DNA from: Gemmatimonadota bacterium
GTDB taxonomy: Bacteria; Gemmatimonadota; Gemmatimonadetes; Gemmatimonadales; GWC2-71-9
Direction: 5' to 3'
DNA length: 50,015 nucleotides
Assembly: GCA_003221005.1 (NCBI GenBank)
Contig: QHTZ01000080.1
Span: forward strand, 1-50,015
Position 1 is the first letter of the stretch. Each line of letters begins with the position of its first letter. The notes beneath the pieces are model-generated. The model saw nothing but the letters and a program-made list of their open reading frames with translations. It did no database searches and was not told where the DNA came from. This document shows, one piece after another, positions 1 to 11,196 of the stretch. The position numbers and the translations under genes were made by a program.

Positions 1-1979
1 GGATCGAAGGAGGGACGGTTCAGGGGATGGGCGATGATGCCGATGAGCTTCCGGGCGGCGTGCAGGGGAAGCCGGGTATCGTTGTCCAAGGTGATGCAGT
101 AGCGGACGCTGGGCAGCACCTTCGGATCGCCCACGTGGACGCGGAAGCTCGTGTCCTTGGCCCCCCGCAGCAGGCGGTTGAACTCTTCGAGCTTCCCGCG
201 CTTGCGCTCCCAACCGATCCACGAGCCCTCGCCAGGGTTCCACTGGCGCGCACGATGGAACAGGTGGAACCGGTCGGTGCGACCCTGGCCAAGGCGGGCG
301 TTCAAATCGAGGACGCCGGCACGGGCGGCGTCCAGGATTTCGTCGTCTGCCGGCAGCTCGGCCGTGGGGGCATCGGCGAAGTCGCCGAGGATGGCGAAGT
401 GTATGCGCGGGTCGACGTTCCCCAGGGCTAGGACCTCCACGTGCTCCAACAGCTCGGCCACGCCGGCCACGCTCGTGAGCAGGGTGGGGACGACGACCAT
501 GGTCCGCGCGTCCTCGGGCACCCCTTTCTGGAAGTCGAGGCGGGGGAGGCGCCACGGCGCCGCGAGGTGCGCGGCCAAGCGCTGGACGAGGGCGATGGCG
601 AACTCGCTGGCGGGCAGGAGGAGGAGCGCTGCGATCCAGGCCTGGACCCACACGGCACCGCCCTTGGCCTGGACGTACGCGACGGCCAGAGCCAGCAGGG
701 CGGCGGCGACGAGTCCGATCGACCCCAGGTAGAAGCTGGTGGCGTGGGCGAAGATGAAGCGCCGTGCGCGGACCGTGAGGCGCGGACCGTACGCCACGTC
801 GGTCTCGAGGTCGCGCCGCCCCTTCCCGATCAGGTGGTAGCCGACGTGGGCGGCGCGGTCGTCGGCCGACTTCAGCTCGGCGGCCTGGCGGGCGCTCTCC
901 ACGCTGCGAAGGGCCACGCGGAGCTGGGCCTCGCCGGTGGCCTCCGCCAGCTCCTCCACCGCCTGCCGGTAGCGGTCCCGGCTGAGGAAATCCATGCTCC
1001 CGTAGACGCCGGCCGGGTCGCGCTGCAAGACCTGTTCGATCAAGCTGACGTTTTCGAAATACAGCGTCCAGTCCAGCGTGGAGCACAGCCGCAGGCTGGT
1101 GATAGCGTTGGCCACGGAGACCTGCCCCGCGGCCTGGCTTTGGTGCTCCGTCCGGATCGAATCCTCCGCTGTCATTCCCTGGGCGGCGAGGCGTTCCTCG
1201 ACGGCCGCGCGCACGGGAGAGACAAGGGGCCCATACTCGCGCATCCGCTGCAGCAGCCGCACGACGTAGGCCGTCTCCAGGACTTCGGGGAGCGCCAGGG
1301 GTGCGGTATCTTCGGCGCCGCCGATCTGGGTTAGATAGCCGTCGGCCGCGAGACGCGCGTTCCTGCCCTGCAGCGTTTCGTCCGCCAGTCGCCTGAGGCT
1401 CTCGAGGAGGGCGAGCTTGAGCATGCTGGGCCAGGCCCAGAGCTCGCCGATAGTCAGGGGGGCCACAGTCTGGTAAGCGACCATGAAGCGCACGAGCTGG
1501 TGCCGATCCAGGCGACCGTCGGTGTGGCGGATCAGCTCCAGGGCCATTGCGTAGACCCGCGCGATGCCCGCCATCTCCCGCGAGGCCAGCTTGGGCAGCC
1601 CCAGGTAGTACTGCCGCGGAAGGTCGTGCCGGGTATCCCGGATCTGGCCTTCGATGAGGTGGAAGTTGTCGAGTAGCTATTCCGCCGCCGGGGGCACGAA
1701 CTCGCCGCGATGGACGTCGTCGGCGAGGACGCGATAGGCCTCGCGCAGCACGCGGGCATTGTCCTCCAGGCGCGAGAAGAACGGGCGGGCCTTGCGGCGC
1801 GGATCCCGAGCCAGGGTGAAGCTGGCGGCGAGGGCCCTGGCCCGTTCCTCCAGGCGCTCGATGCTGAGGAGCTCGGCGCGGAGGGGCTTCGCCGCTTCCG
1901 GACGGCGGCCGCCCCCGAAAAGGCGGCGCAGCGGCCTCAGGGCGTCAGCCAAGGCGACCTGCCCATGGTGCCACGGCAC
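1..1979 (-). pseudogene. ndvB: Cyclic beta-1,2-glucan synthase (NdvB/ChvB/Cgs family), 5' part, interrupted by an in-frame TAG at 1677-1679; continues beyond the window edge
   Basis: ORF 1677..1979 (PLRAELLSIERLEERARALA...PAAE) continues in the same frame after the TAG as LLDNFHLIE...LPRQYYLGLPKL...LTIGELWAWPSML...TMVVVPTLL...WIGWERKRGKLEEFNRLLRG...CITLDNDTRLP. These are Cgs/NdvB motifs. Confidence 0.9.
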
Positions 1980-2394
1980 GCTTCACGGCGCGGCGTTCTC
2001 ATCGCGTGGTTTCGTCCCTCCGGATGTCGCGGTCACTGTGGCCCCAAATCAAATGATAACGAGTTCGATCGCCTCCCAGAGTCTGCTGGGGGTTTTCTCG
2101 AGCTCGGCACAAGCGAACTCCGCCGTCTTCGTGAAGGACGGTGCAGCTGCGAAAACGAATGGCCCCCCCCCGATCGACTCGGGGGCTCGCCGCAGTGTGA
2201 GTTCTGCTGTGAATTTCTTGCGACTTTCGCTCGATCTTCAGCGACCGACCTACGACACCGATGCGCAGAACGCCTAGTTCGCTCAGAGCTGCGTTCATCC
2301 AGCGGAACACGTCAGCATCGCGCGTGCCCGAGGTGCGGCGGATGCGGTCCACGGGGCGAGCCAGCGATTCGAGAATGCGTGTGTCGGCGCCAAG

Positions 2395-2664
2395 TCATAG
2401 GGCGCCGTACGCGCCCTCCGGCGACGTCCACGCGGGCTGCGACTGACGGAACAGGTCCTGGAGCTGCCGCTCCGTGAGTTCGGCGAGGGCCGCGTCGGTG
2501 CTCTGGGAGCTCCGAGGCGAATAGCGGGTGAAGCGGCGCTTGCGCTCGGGGCCGGTCCCGAGCTCGAACACTAGGCTAAACTCGTCCTTCCCATAGACGG
2601 TGAGACGGCCCGCCGGATAGACCTTCCAGATGTTACCGTCTATCCCGATCGTGCGTCGCGCCAT
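2395..2664 (-). CDS. Small hypothetical protein (89 aa, MARRTIGIDGNIWKVYPAGR...SQPAWTSPEGAYGAL)
   Basis: C-terminal part of ORF 2395..2910, from the ATG at 2664. Protein-like composition; lies just downstream of the XRE gene on the same strand. Confidence 0.7.
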   Translation of the reverse strand: MARRTIGIDGNIWKVYPAGRLTVYGKDEFSLVFELGTGPERKRRFTRYSPRSSQSTDAALAELTERQLQDLFRQSQPAWTSPEGAYGAL

Positions 2665-2692
2665 CAGGCCGAGCCCGCTCGTCTCGCTCGTA

Positions 2693-3562
2693 TCATTGTA
2701 ATTTCTTCGAGGTGGGAAAATGCAGCGGATCCCTGAGGTTCTGTAACTCCCGATAGTAAAAGAGGGCCGTGGGCTGCCTGCCGTTGAACCGCAGCCGCTT
2801 GAGAAACGCCAGTTCCTCTTCGGTCGCCGTGCCGCTGAGAGACGCATCCTGCAGGAATCTGTTGAGCCCGGACTCTGCGCCGCCAGACGGCTCGGATTCG
2901 CGTTCGACAAACTCGAACCGCTTCACGTGCCCCGCGGCCACGCGTTGGCTCAAGGCGATGTCCAACCGAAACGTCGCGAGGTCGATGTCCCAGGACTCGA
3001 TCAACGGATTCAAGAACGAAACGCAGTTCTCAGCGGACACGTGGAAGAGGTCGGTGTCGAGGAACTCGAGCACGACGACGCGCATCTCTTCATAGCTCCG
3101 GCCGCCGAGTTGCGCCACCATCCGGAGCCAGTACTTGTTGTCCAACTCTTGCCGGGCCACCTCCTTCGCCACATCCAACAACGTCAGGGTGACCAGACGT
3201 TCGAGCTCGCCGAAGGGATGGGTCTCAAAGATCGCGCGGATGTCCTTTGCCTTGTCGGGTTTGCATTTGTGCAAGACCAACTCGCGGACTTCCCGAAACA
3301 GCGGCGTAGGCTCGTCCCCTAGTTCGCGCTTGAGATCCTCCTTGCGCTGCAGCGCTGCCAGCTTCGCCAGCTCCCCGCGCGGCAACCGCAGGAAGTTGTC
3401 CATGCGGTCATAGATGTCCGTGCGGTTCGGGGCGGGGGGCGCCTTCCGCCGCGTCAGCAACTGCGAGATGTAGGACTCGGTCACCTGGGCAGCGCGGGCG
3501 AGGTCGCGCTGACCCAACCCCAGCTCCTGCAATCGGTGCCGGATTACAAACGGAACATCCAC
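2693..3562 (-). CDS. XRE-family helix-turn-helix transcriptional regulator with a long C-terminal domain
   Basis: N-terminal [37 protein letters not shown] is a typical HTH_XRE. Likely GTG start at 3562 with GGAGAGAAGGAG RBS upstream. Confidence 0.85.
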   Translation of the reverse strand: MDVPFVIRHRLQELGLGQRDLARAAQVTESYISQLLTRRKAPPAPNRTDIYDRMDNFLRLPRGELAKLAALQRKEDLKRELGDEPTPLFREVRELVLHKCKPDKAKDIRAIFETHPFGELERLVTLTLLDVAKEVARQELDNKYWLRMVAQLGGRSYEEMRVVVLEFLDTDLFHVSAENCVSFLNPLIESWDIDLATFRLDIALSQRVAAGHVKRFEFVERESEPSGGAESGLNRFLQDASLSGTATEEELAFLKRLRFNGRQPTALFYYRELQNLRDPLHFPTSKKLQ

Positions 3563-3626
3563 GGGGCTCCTTCTCTCCAGGGCTGCGTTCCTTAACAATA
3601 TTGGTCAAGCCATAGGAATCAACAAT

Positions 3627-3664
3627 CTAGCTGACTTGACAAAGATAGTAAAGTCGGCTAGGTT
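3627..3664 (+). promoter_or_regulatory. Sigma70-type promoter of groESL (TTGACA-17-TAGGTT) overlapped by an 11-bp inverted repeat (candidate operator)
   Basis: TTGACA at 3636-3641, 17-nt spacer, TAGGTT at 3659-3664. CTAGCTGACTT (3627-3637) and AAGTCGGCTAG (3651-3661) form an inverted repeat with 1 mismatch. Confidence 0.65.
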
Positions 3665-3743
3665 CCGCTCAGCGGGCACACAGCCGCACGAAGCACGGCA
3701 ACAATGCCTTATGCGGTTCTACTTCAGGAGGAGGCAGCGCGTC

Positions 3744-4052
3744 ATGGCTACTGCGACGAAGACGAAGCTGAAGGTCTTCCCGCTCGCCGATCGGGTGGCG
3801 ATCCGGCCGATGGAAGAGACCGAGGCGATGAAAGGTGGTCTCTACATCCCGGACACGGCCAAGGAGAAGCCCATCCAGGGTGAGGTCATCGCGGTCGGGC
3901 CCGGCCGGATGGAAAAGGGCCAGCTGGTCCCGATGGAGCTGAAGGTCGGCGACCGGGTCGTGTATGGGAAGTACACCGGCTCGCAGGTCGAGCTGGAAGA
4001 TGAAGAGATCATCCTGATCAAGGAATCCGACGTCATCGCGAAGCTCGGCTAA
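3744..4052 (+). CDS. groES: Co-chaperonin GroES
   Basis: [10 protein letters not shown]...[13 protein letters not shown]...[11 protein letters not shown]; ATG at 3744 after AGGAGGAGG RBS. Confidence 0.97.
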   Translation: MATATKTKLKVFPLADRVAIRPMEETEAMKGGLYIPDTAKEKPIQGEVIAVGPGRMEKGQLVPMELKVGDRVVYGKYTGSQVELEDEEIILIKESDVIAKLG

Positions 4053-4066
4053 GGGGGGGGATATAG

Positions 4067-5701
<1,635 letters not shown>

Positions 5702-5737
5702 CACACCAGACGCGGTGACGCGTAGACGACGCAGGAG

Positions 5738-5769
5738 AGGCGCTCCGGGCAGCTTTCGGAGCGCCTTTG
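5738..5769 (+). terminator. Probable intrinsic terminator after groEL
   Basis: Perfect 10-bp stem AGGCGCTCCG / CGGAGCGCCT followed by T-rich sequence. Confidence 0.65.
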
Positions 5770-5858
5770 CTGTCGTTTTCGTCGTCCCGAGTCACGACGC
5801 CGATGCCCAGAACACCGCGTAAGTGCTACATGTTGTCGTAACTCGATGGATCGTCGGT

Positions 5859-5904
5859 CTGCTTTGCAACCAGGGGGTCACGGGTTCGAATCCCGTCCGC
5901 TCCA
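5859..5904 (+). tRNA. 3' fragment of tRNA-Ala(TGC), not an intact gene; att-like site 1
   Basis: CTGC-TTTGCAA-CCAGG anticodon arm remnant, GGGTC, T-arm ACGGG-TTCGAAT-CCCGT, acceptor 3' strand CCGCTCC-A (U70 consistent with the Ala G3:U70 pair). No 5' acceptor strand or D-arm upstream. Confidence 0.8.
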
Positions 5905-5907
5905 CTG

Positions 5908-6552
5908 CTACGGTGCTGGAGAGGCTGCTTCCTCGGGTGACGGTCCGGGCGGGCGTACGGGGAGGCCGATCTTCCCGGCCCAGGTGTCCGTCAACTTGAA
6001 GGTCTCGCTCATACTGAATCGCAGCACCCACAGCCGTCGAGCGAGATCCTTCAGCGCCCAGATGACGGTGCGCTGCACCTCGACCGACGACCACTGCCCG
6101 AAGTCGTTGTGACTCAGGTCGGCCTGCAGTGCCTTGGCGATCCGCGCGGCGAATTGCCCGTAGGGCTCGAGCGACGCCATCGGGAGGGCTAACACCGGGG
6201 CTTCCGCTAGGTTGCCCTGCGCGTTGGAACCACTTAGGGTCTGCTTTGAAGCCTTTTTGGGCCCTGGGTCAGTTCCCCACAGCACCCACTCCAATGTCAC
6301 GCCCGTCAGGCCCCGCTCCCGCGCTCTAGCAGCGATCAGCCGCGCCACGTCAGCCGGGAACTTCTTGCGCTGAGCCCACTTCTTGACAGCCGCACCGGTC
6401 ACCGGCGCACCGAGCTCTGCGGCAAACTCTCGGTATGTCAAGGAGATACCGTCCCAGGGAGAGAAGACCTCCAAGAGCGTCGCTAGCCGCTCCCCTACTG
6501 GCCCCTGTTTGGATCCATTTTTGGCCTTGACAGATCTCAATCTGACCCCCAT
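5908..6552 (-). CDS. Putative DNA-binding protein (Cro/CI-like HTH) divergent from the lipoprotein/TPR operon
   Basis: LTYREFAAELGAPVTGAAVKKWAQRKKFP...GVTLEWVLWG resembles a phage-repressor-type HTH, including the 'v.leWll.G' ending. Confidence 0.6.
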   Translation of the reverse strand: MGVRLRSVKAKNGSKQGPVGERLATLLEVFSPWDGISLTYREFAAELGAPVTGAAVKKWAQRKKFPADVARLIAARARERGLTGVTLEWVLWGTDPGPKKASKQTLSGSNAQGNLAEAPVLALPMASLEPYGQFAARIAKALQADLSHNDFGQWSSVEVQRTVIWALKDLARRLWVLRFSMSETFKLTDTWAGKIGLPVRPPGPSPEEAASPAP

Positions 6553-6555
6553 TTT

Positions 6556-6613
6556 GGTGACCTAAGTTCACCGCTATGGTCCCCTGTAGGGGACGATAAC
6601 TACCTTACAAGGT
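6556..6613. promoter_or_regulatory. Three short palindromes in the divergent intergenic region (candidate operators)
   Basis: GGTGA-N7-TCACC (6556-6572), GTCCCC-TGTA-GGGGAC (6579-6594), ACCTT-AC-AAGGT (6602-6613). Confidence 0.4.
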
Positions 6614-6665
6614 GTCGATTTTTACCGCCGCGGTCAAGGCGCGCGGCCCTATGAAGGAGTGTCGC

Positions 6666-7382
6666 ATGAAGGGTCTCTCCGTTAGCCGCTCGCTGCTCCC
6701 GCTCGCGCTCGCGCTCGCGCTGTTTGCTGCGGGCTGCTCGGAGGCCGGAGCGCCTCCCACCGGGGTCCAGGAGCCGCTCGCGGCCACCCCACATTTCGTC
6801 CGCTGGGCGGGGGGGTCGCCGCAGTTCACGGCGGTTGGCGCTCCCTCGGGTGGCGTCGTGAACGGCTTATCCCTGGCGTCTGCTTCCAGCATGCTCAGTC
6901 TCGATCACTACACGGCGTCGTTCTGGGCGGTCCGGGGTGAGCAGCGCTCGGTCCAGATCAATTATGCCGACTCCGCCGGAGGCACTGACTCGCCGTTCCT
7001 GCGGCTCGTCGTCGTTGACCCGGCGTACGTGCCCGATCAGGGTGACCTCGCGCCGGGCGACTCGGTACTCATCACGGTAACCGTCGACACGATGAACATC
7101 GGCGTGTCGCTCGAGCCGACGGGATTGCAGTTCGGCGATCCTGCCCAGCTGCAGATCTGGTACGGCGGTGCCCATGGCGATCTGAACGGGGACGGCGCGG
7201 TGGACAGCACGGACGCCGCCATCGAGGCCCGGCTGTTGAGCATGTGGTACCGCGAGGGCTCGGACAGCGCCTGGACGCAGGTCCCCGCGACTCACGCGGT
7301 GCTGGATCAGTCCTTCACGAGCGAGCTGCTGCACTTCTGCTGGTACGAGCTTGCCTACGATACCTACGCGGTTTCCTGGTAG
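6666..7382 (+). CDS. Lipoprotein A1: ZU5-like, Dx[DN]xDG Ca-binding loop, C-terminal HF-C motif
   Basis: AAGGAG RBS, ATG 6666, signal peptide with lipobox FAAG-C, LEPTGLQFGDPAQLQIWY, DLNGDGAVDSTD, ends ELLHFCWYELAYDTYAVSW. Confidence 0.85.
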   Translation: MKGLSVSRSLLPLALALALFAAGCSEAGAPPTGVQEPLAATPHFVRWAGGSPQFTAVGAPSGGVVNGLSLASASSMLSLDHYTASFWAVRGEQRSVQINYADSAGGTDSPFLRLVVVDPAYVPDQGDLAPGDSVLITVTVDTMNIGVSLEPTGLQFGDPAQLQIWYGGAHGDLNGDGAVDSTDAAIEARLLSMWYREGSDSAWTQVPATHAVLDQSFTSELLHFCWYELAYDTYAVSW

Positions 7383-7617
7383 GAGCGGCGTGTGTTCTTC
7401 ACTCCTGCGGTTCAGCGGGGTGGGGTGGGGGATCGGCGGGTGTTTTGGAAGCGTTGCAGCAGGCTGACTCAGGCGCTGTGGACTTGGCTGAGGACGGTCG
7501 CCCTGGAGGGTCGGCGGATGACAACGGCCACAGCCTATTTCTCGAACTACGCCGTGGCATACTGATGCGCGTGGCGTCGGTTTCGGGGCACTCGCGGCAC
7601 GGGTCCCGATGACGTTG

Positions 7618-7634
7618 CCGGACGCTCGTTTGCA
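7618..7634 (+). promoter_or_regulatory. Candidate sigma54 (-24/-12) promoter for the TPR1 - activator operon
   Basis: CCGGACGCTCGTTTGCA: GG at 7620-7621, 10 nt, GC at 7632-7633 within TTTGCA; 34 nt before the ATG at 7668. Confidence 0.5.
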
Positions 7635-7667
7635 CGGCGGCTTCATAGCACGTGGAGGGCGCATACC

Positions 7668-9659
7668 ATGCCCACGTCGTCGCTCGTAGTCGACAAGGCT
7701 CGAGAGCTCGCCGCGGCGGGACACTACGCCGAGGTGGTCGAGTACCTTGCCGCCCGCGGGGGGAGCGAGCTGGAGGAATCTCCGAGCCTCGCGTTGCTGT
7801 ACGGGACCGCGCAGGGGCGGCTCGGGCGCCACGAGGAGGGCCTGCGGTGGCTCAATCTGGCCCTCGAACAGGCGCGCAAACGAGAGGAGCGGGCGCTCGA
7901 GCGTCAGGCCCTCAATGCGCGAGGCGCTATCGCCCTGGTCAGCGGGCGGATCGACGAGGCGGGGGACTACTTCACGCGGGCGCTCATGGCTGCCAGCCGC
8001 GATGGCGATCGCGCCACGATCGGCCGCTGCTCCAACAACCTGGGGATCATCAGCAACCTCCGGGGGCGGTACGCCGAGGCGATCGGGTCCTGGGAGATGG
8101 CCGCGGCCGCCTTTGACGAAGCCGGTCTGCGGCAGGGCGTCGCCGAGTGCCACCACAACCTGGGGATCACGTATCGCGAGCAGGGGGCGCTCGACCGCGC
8201 TCTGGCGGAGGCCGATCAGGCGGTCGCCGAAGCCGAAGCTGCGGGGGATCGCACCCTCAGGGCGGTGACTCTCCGGGGGCGGGCCCACATCCGCGTAACC
8301 CGCGGCGAGCTGGAGCTGGCGCGGGGCGAGTTGGACCAGGTGCGGGAGATCCGCAGCCACCTGGCCGACCCCCTTGGCGAGGCGGAGGATCTGCGGGTCG
8401 CAGCGGTGCTGCTCGTGGCCGAGGGCCAGGTGGCGGCGGCCGAGCGGGCGCTGCGTGACGTGATCGGCCGGGCCGAGGCGCATGGGCGGCCGCAGCTCAG
8501 GGCGGAGGCGACTCGGGACCTCAGCAGGATCCTCCACGCGACCGGGCGGAGCGCCGAGGCCCGGACGGCCGCGCGGGCGGCGAAGGCCCTCTTCAGCCGC
8601 CTTGGAGCCGAGGCCGAAATCCGCCACCTCGCCGCTCAGGACTGGGACGACGATTTCGCTGCCGAGCTGCGCGGCTCGCTGGCGCCGCTCCACGCGGCGC
8701 AGGAGCTCGCCGATGGAGGGCGCTACGCCGAGTTGCTCGCCTACCTGGAAGGACGCTCACAGGATGAGCTCGAGCAGTCTCCCACGCTGACCTTGCTGTG
8801 TGGCATCGCGCACAGCCGGCTGGGTCGGCTCGATCTGGGTCAGCACTGGGCGATGGTCGCGCAGCTGCGGGCGCGCGGACTGCGAGATCGGACTCTCGAA
8901 GTGCGGGCGCTCAACGTCTGCGGCGCGATCGCCCTCGAGCGGGGCGGCACCAATGAGGCCTCGTACTTCTTCACGCGGGCGCTGGAGGAGGCGACCGAGG
9001 GCAACGACATGACCACGGTCGGACGGTGTGCCAACAACCTCGGCATCATCGCCAACCTGCAGGGCGACTACGCGCGCGCGGCTCAAGCCTACACCCGCGC
9101 GATCGCGGCGTACCGGAAGGCCAAGTACGACCGCGGCATCGTCGAGTCGCAGCACAACCTGGGGATCACGTACCGCGAGCAGGGCCAACTCGACCCCGCG
9201 CTGCACGCTGCCGACGCAGCGGTGCGGGAGGCCGAGCGGCTGGGCGACCAGCGGCTCGCGGCCCAGGCCGTCGCGGGACGGGCCGAGATCCGGGTAGCAC
9301 GGGGGGAGCCTGAGCTGGCCGTCCACGAAACGGAGCGGGCGCTGGCGATGCACCGCGAGCTCAAGGATACGGTCCTTGAGACCGAGGACCTGCGAGTCCT
9401 CGCCGCGGCGCTGAACCTGGCGGGGAAGAGGGAAGACGCCAAGAACGTGCTCCGGGAAGTCATCAACCGCGGGACGGAGCACGGGCGGCCGCTGCTCGTC
9501 GCCACCGCGCAGCGCGATCTCGCACGCATACTGGTGAGCGAGGGCGACGTCGCGGCCGCGCGAGAAGTGGCACACATGGCTCGCGCGACGTTCGAACGGC
9601 TGGGGGCTCGGGTGGAGGCCGACAAGGTGGGTGCCCTGCTGCGGGATCCGGGCGACTGA
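7668..9659 (+). CDS. Cytoplasmic TPR protein 1 (663 aa; two tandem homologous TPR halves)
   Basis: Repeated TPR_12-like motifs (CSNNLGIISNLRGRYAEA, CHHNLGITYREQG, CANNLGIIANLQGDY, SQHNLGITYREQG); no signal peptide. Confidence 0.9.
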   Translation: MPTSSLVVDKARELAAAGHYAEVVEYLAARGGSELEESPSLALLYGTAQGRLGRHEEGLRWLNLALEQARKREERALERQALNARGAIALVSGRIDEAGDYFTRALMAASRDGDRATIGRCSNNLGIISNLRGRYAEAIGSWEMAAAAFDEAGLRQGVAECHHNLGITYREQGALDRALAEADQAVAEAEAAGDRTLRAVTLRGRAHIRVTRGELELARGELDQVREIRSHLADPLGEAEDLRVAAVLLVAEGQVAAAERALRDVIGRAEAHGRPQLRAEATRDLSRILHATGRSAEARTAARAAKALFSRLGAEAEIRHLAAQDWDDDFAAELRGSLAPLHAAQELADGGRYAELLAYLEGRSQDELEQSPTLTLLCGIAHSRLGRLDLGQHWAMVAQLRARGLRDRTLEVRALNVCGAIALERGGTNEASYFFTRALEEATEGNDMTTVGRCANNLGIIANLQGDYARAAQAYTRAIAAYRKAKYDRGIVESQHNLGITYREQGQLDPALHAADAAVREAERLGDQRLAAQAVAGRAEIRVARGEPELAVHETERALAMHRELKDTVLETEDLRVLAAALNLAGKREDAKNVLREVINRGTEHGRPLLVATAQRDLARILVSEGDVAAAREVAHMARATFERLGARVEADKVGALLRDPGD

Positions 9660-9668
9660 GACCCTAGC

Positions 9669-11039
9669 GTGTCGCGGCTGACCGTCATCGCGATCTCCGA
9701 CGCGTTCGGAAAGTTCTGGAGCGACCTCGCGAAGGATCTCGACGTCGCCCTCGACGTCCTCGGTCCGGCGGACGCCGTCCCGGCTCGGCCCGAAACGGCC
9801 GCCGTCGTCGTCGCGGCGGGCGGCGCCGAGCGGGAAGCCATCCAGTGGCTCGAGACCCATGCGGTCTCGCCCAGACTACCGGTGCTGGTGGTGGGCACTG
9901 ATCCCGGCCGGCGCACCGCCATGCACGTCGTCACCCGCGGTGCGACCGACTACTTCGCCCTTCCGGACGATCTCGAGATCTTCCGCAATGCGGTCACGGC
10001 CGCGCTCAACGGCGGGCGAGCACGGGCGGCGCCCGCGGCGAACGGTCACGCCGATGCGTTCGCCGCTATTGTGGGCGAGAGTCAGTCCATGAAGCAGGCT
10101 CTCGCCCGCGCGGCCCGACTCCTGCCACACCGGAGCGCGAGCGCCCTGATCGTCGGGGAGACGGGGACTGGGAAGGAGCTCCTCGCGCGGGCGATCCACG
10201 CTGGCGGGCCACGCCGCGGTGCCCCGTTCGTCGCCGTCAACTGCTCGGCGTTCCCGGAGCACCTCATCGAGTCCGAGTTGTTCGGTCACGAGCGCGGCTC
10301 GTTCACTGACGCCCACGCGGCCAAGCCCGGGCTGTTCGAGGTGGCGGACACCGGGACACTGTTCCTCGACGAGATCGGCGACCTGCCCCTCAGTCTCCAG
10401 GCCAAGCTGCTGCGGGTGCTGGAGGACAAAGAGATCCGCCGGGTCGGAGGGACGAAATCGCGCACGGTCGACGTACGCATTCTGGCGGCGACCCACGAAC
10501 ATCTCCCGGAGCGGGTTCGCGAAGGGAGTTTTCGGGACGACCTCTTCTTCCGCTTGAGCACCGTCGTGCTCACGCTGCCGCCCCTGAGAGAGCGGGGCGA
10601 CGACGTCATCCTCGTCGCGACGGCACTGCTCCAGCGGCTCGCTGCAGAGCACGGCCTGCCTGTGCCAGCGTTGACGCCGGACGTGCGCGCTCAGCTCCGG
10701 GGCCATGCTTGGCCCGGGAACGTGCGCGAGCTCAAGAACGCCCTGGAACGGGCGCTGTTGCTGTCCGCGGCGGGCGAGTTGAACGCCGACGAGCTCCTGC
10801 CGCCTGCCGAACCACAGGTGCAAGGCGACAGACCCATACCCTTCCCCGCGCCGCTGGACCAGATCACGGCCGCCGCGGCCCGCGCCACCCTGAGGTTGTG
10901 CGGCGGCAATCGTAGCGAGTCGGCCCGCCGGCTGTTGATTTCTCCCCGGCGGCTGCGGCGTTTGCTGAGTGGCCGCGGTGACGCGGGCGCGGACCTCGGA
11001 GAAGGCGACCTGGAGCAACCGACCGCTCTCTCGATGTAG
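9669..11039 (+). CDS. Sigma54-dependent enhancer-binding protein (NtrC/Fis type) with degenerate N-terminal receiver-like domain
   Basis: Walker A GETGTGKE, ESELFGHERGSFTDA (GAFTGA loop variant), Walker B LFLDEIGD, WPGNVREL, C-terminal HTH GGNRSESARRLLIS. Confidence 0.93.
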   Translation: MSRLTVIAISDAFGKFWSDLAKDLDVALDVLGPADAVPARPETAAVVVAAGGAEREAIQWLETHAVSPRLPVLVVGTDPGRRTAMHVVTRGATDYFALPDDLEIFRNAVTAALNGGRARAAPAANGHADAFAAIVGESQSMKQALARAARLLPHRSASALIVGETGTGKELLARAIHAGGPRRGAPFVAVNCSAFPEHLIESELFGHERGSFTDAHAAKPGLFEVADTGTLFLDEIGDLPLSLQAKLLRVLEDKEIRRVGGTKSRTVDVRILAATHEHLPERVREGSFRDDLFFRLSTVVLTLPPLRERGDDVILVATALLQRLAAEHGLPVPALTPDVRAQLRGHAWPGNVRELKNALERALLLSAAGELNADELLPPAEPQVQGDRPIPFPAPLDQITAAAARATLRLCGGNRSESARRLLISPRRLRRLLSGRGDAGADLGEGDLEQPTALSM

Positions 11040-11196
11040 TCGTAGTCACGCCGTCCCGCCATCCGCAGTGGGTGCTACCACACCTGGTTCAAACCGACCC
11101 AGCTCCAGGGTCAAAACGACCCTGTGGCCCGGCTCACAAATCAGTCCTCCTGTCGCAACTCGTGAAAAATCAACTGGCAACATCGCACGCCGGAAG

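Noticed and set aside
1677-1679. Pyrrolysine or other amber recoding
   Set aside because: The position is a conserved Trp (one transition from TGG), TAG terminates many genes here, and no pyl genes are in view.
1999-2352. 117-aa minus-strand ORF and overlapping plus-strand ORFs between ndvB and the small hypothetical gene
   Set aside because: No recognisable motif, RBS or typical codon pattern; probably intergenic or decayed DNA.
5820-5904. Intact tRNA gene
   Set aside because: No 5' acceptor strand or D-arm, and the anticodon stem is mispaired. It is only a 3' fragment; the same holds at 17433-17473.
11161-11180. IHF site upstream of the second sigma54 promoter
   Set aside because: AATCAA is present but the downstream TTR of the WATCAANNNNTTR consensus is missing; noted only as an AT-rich tract.
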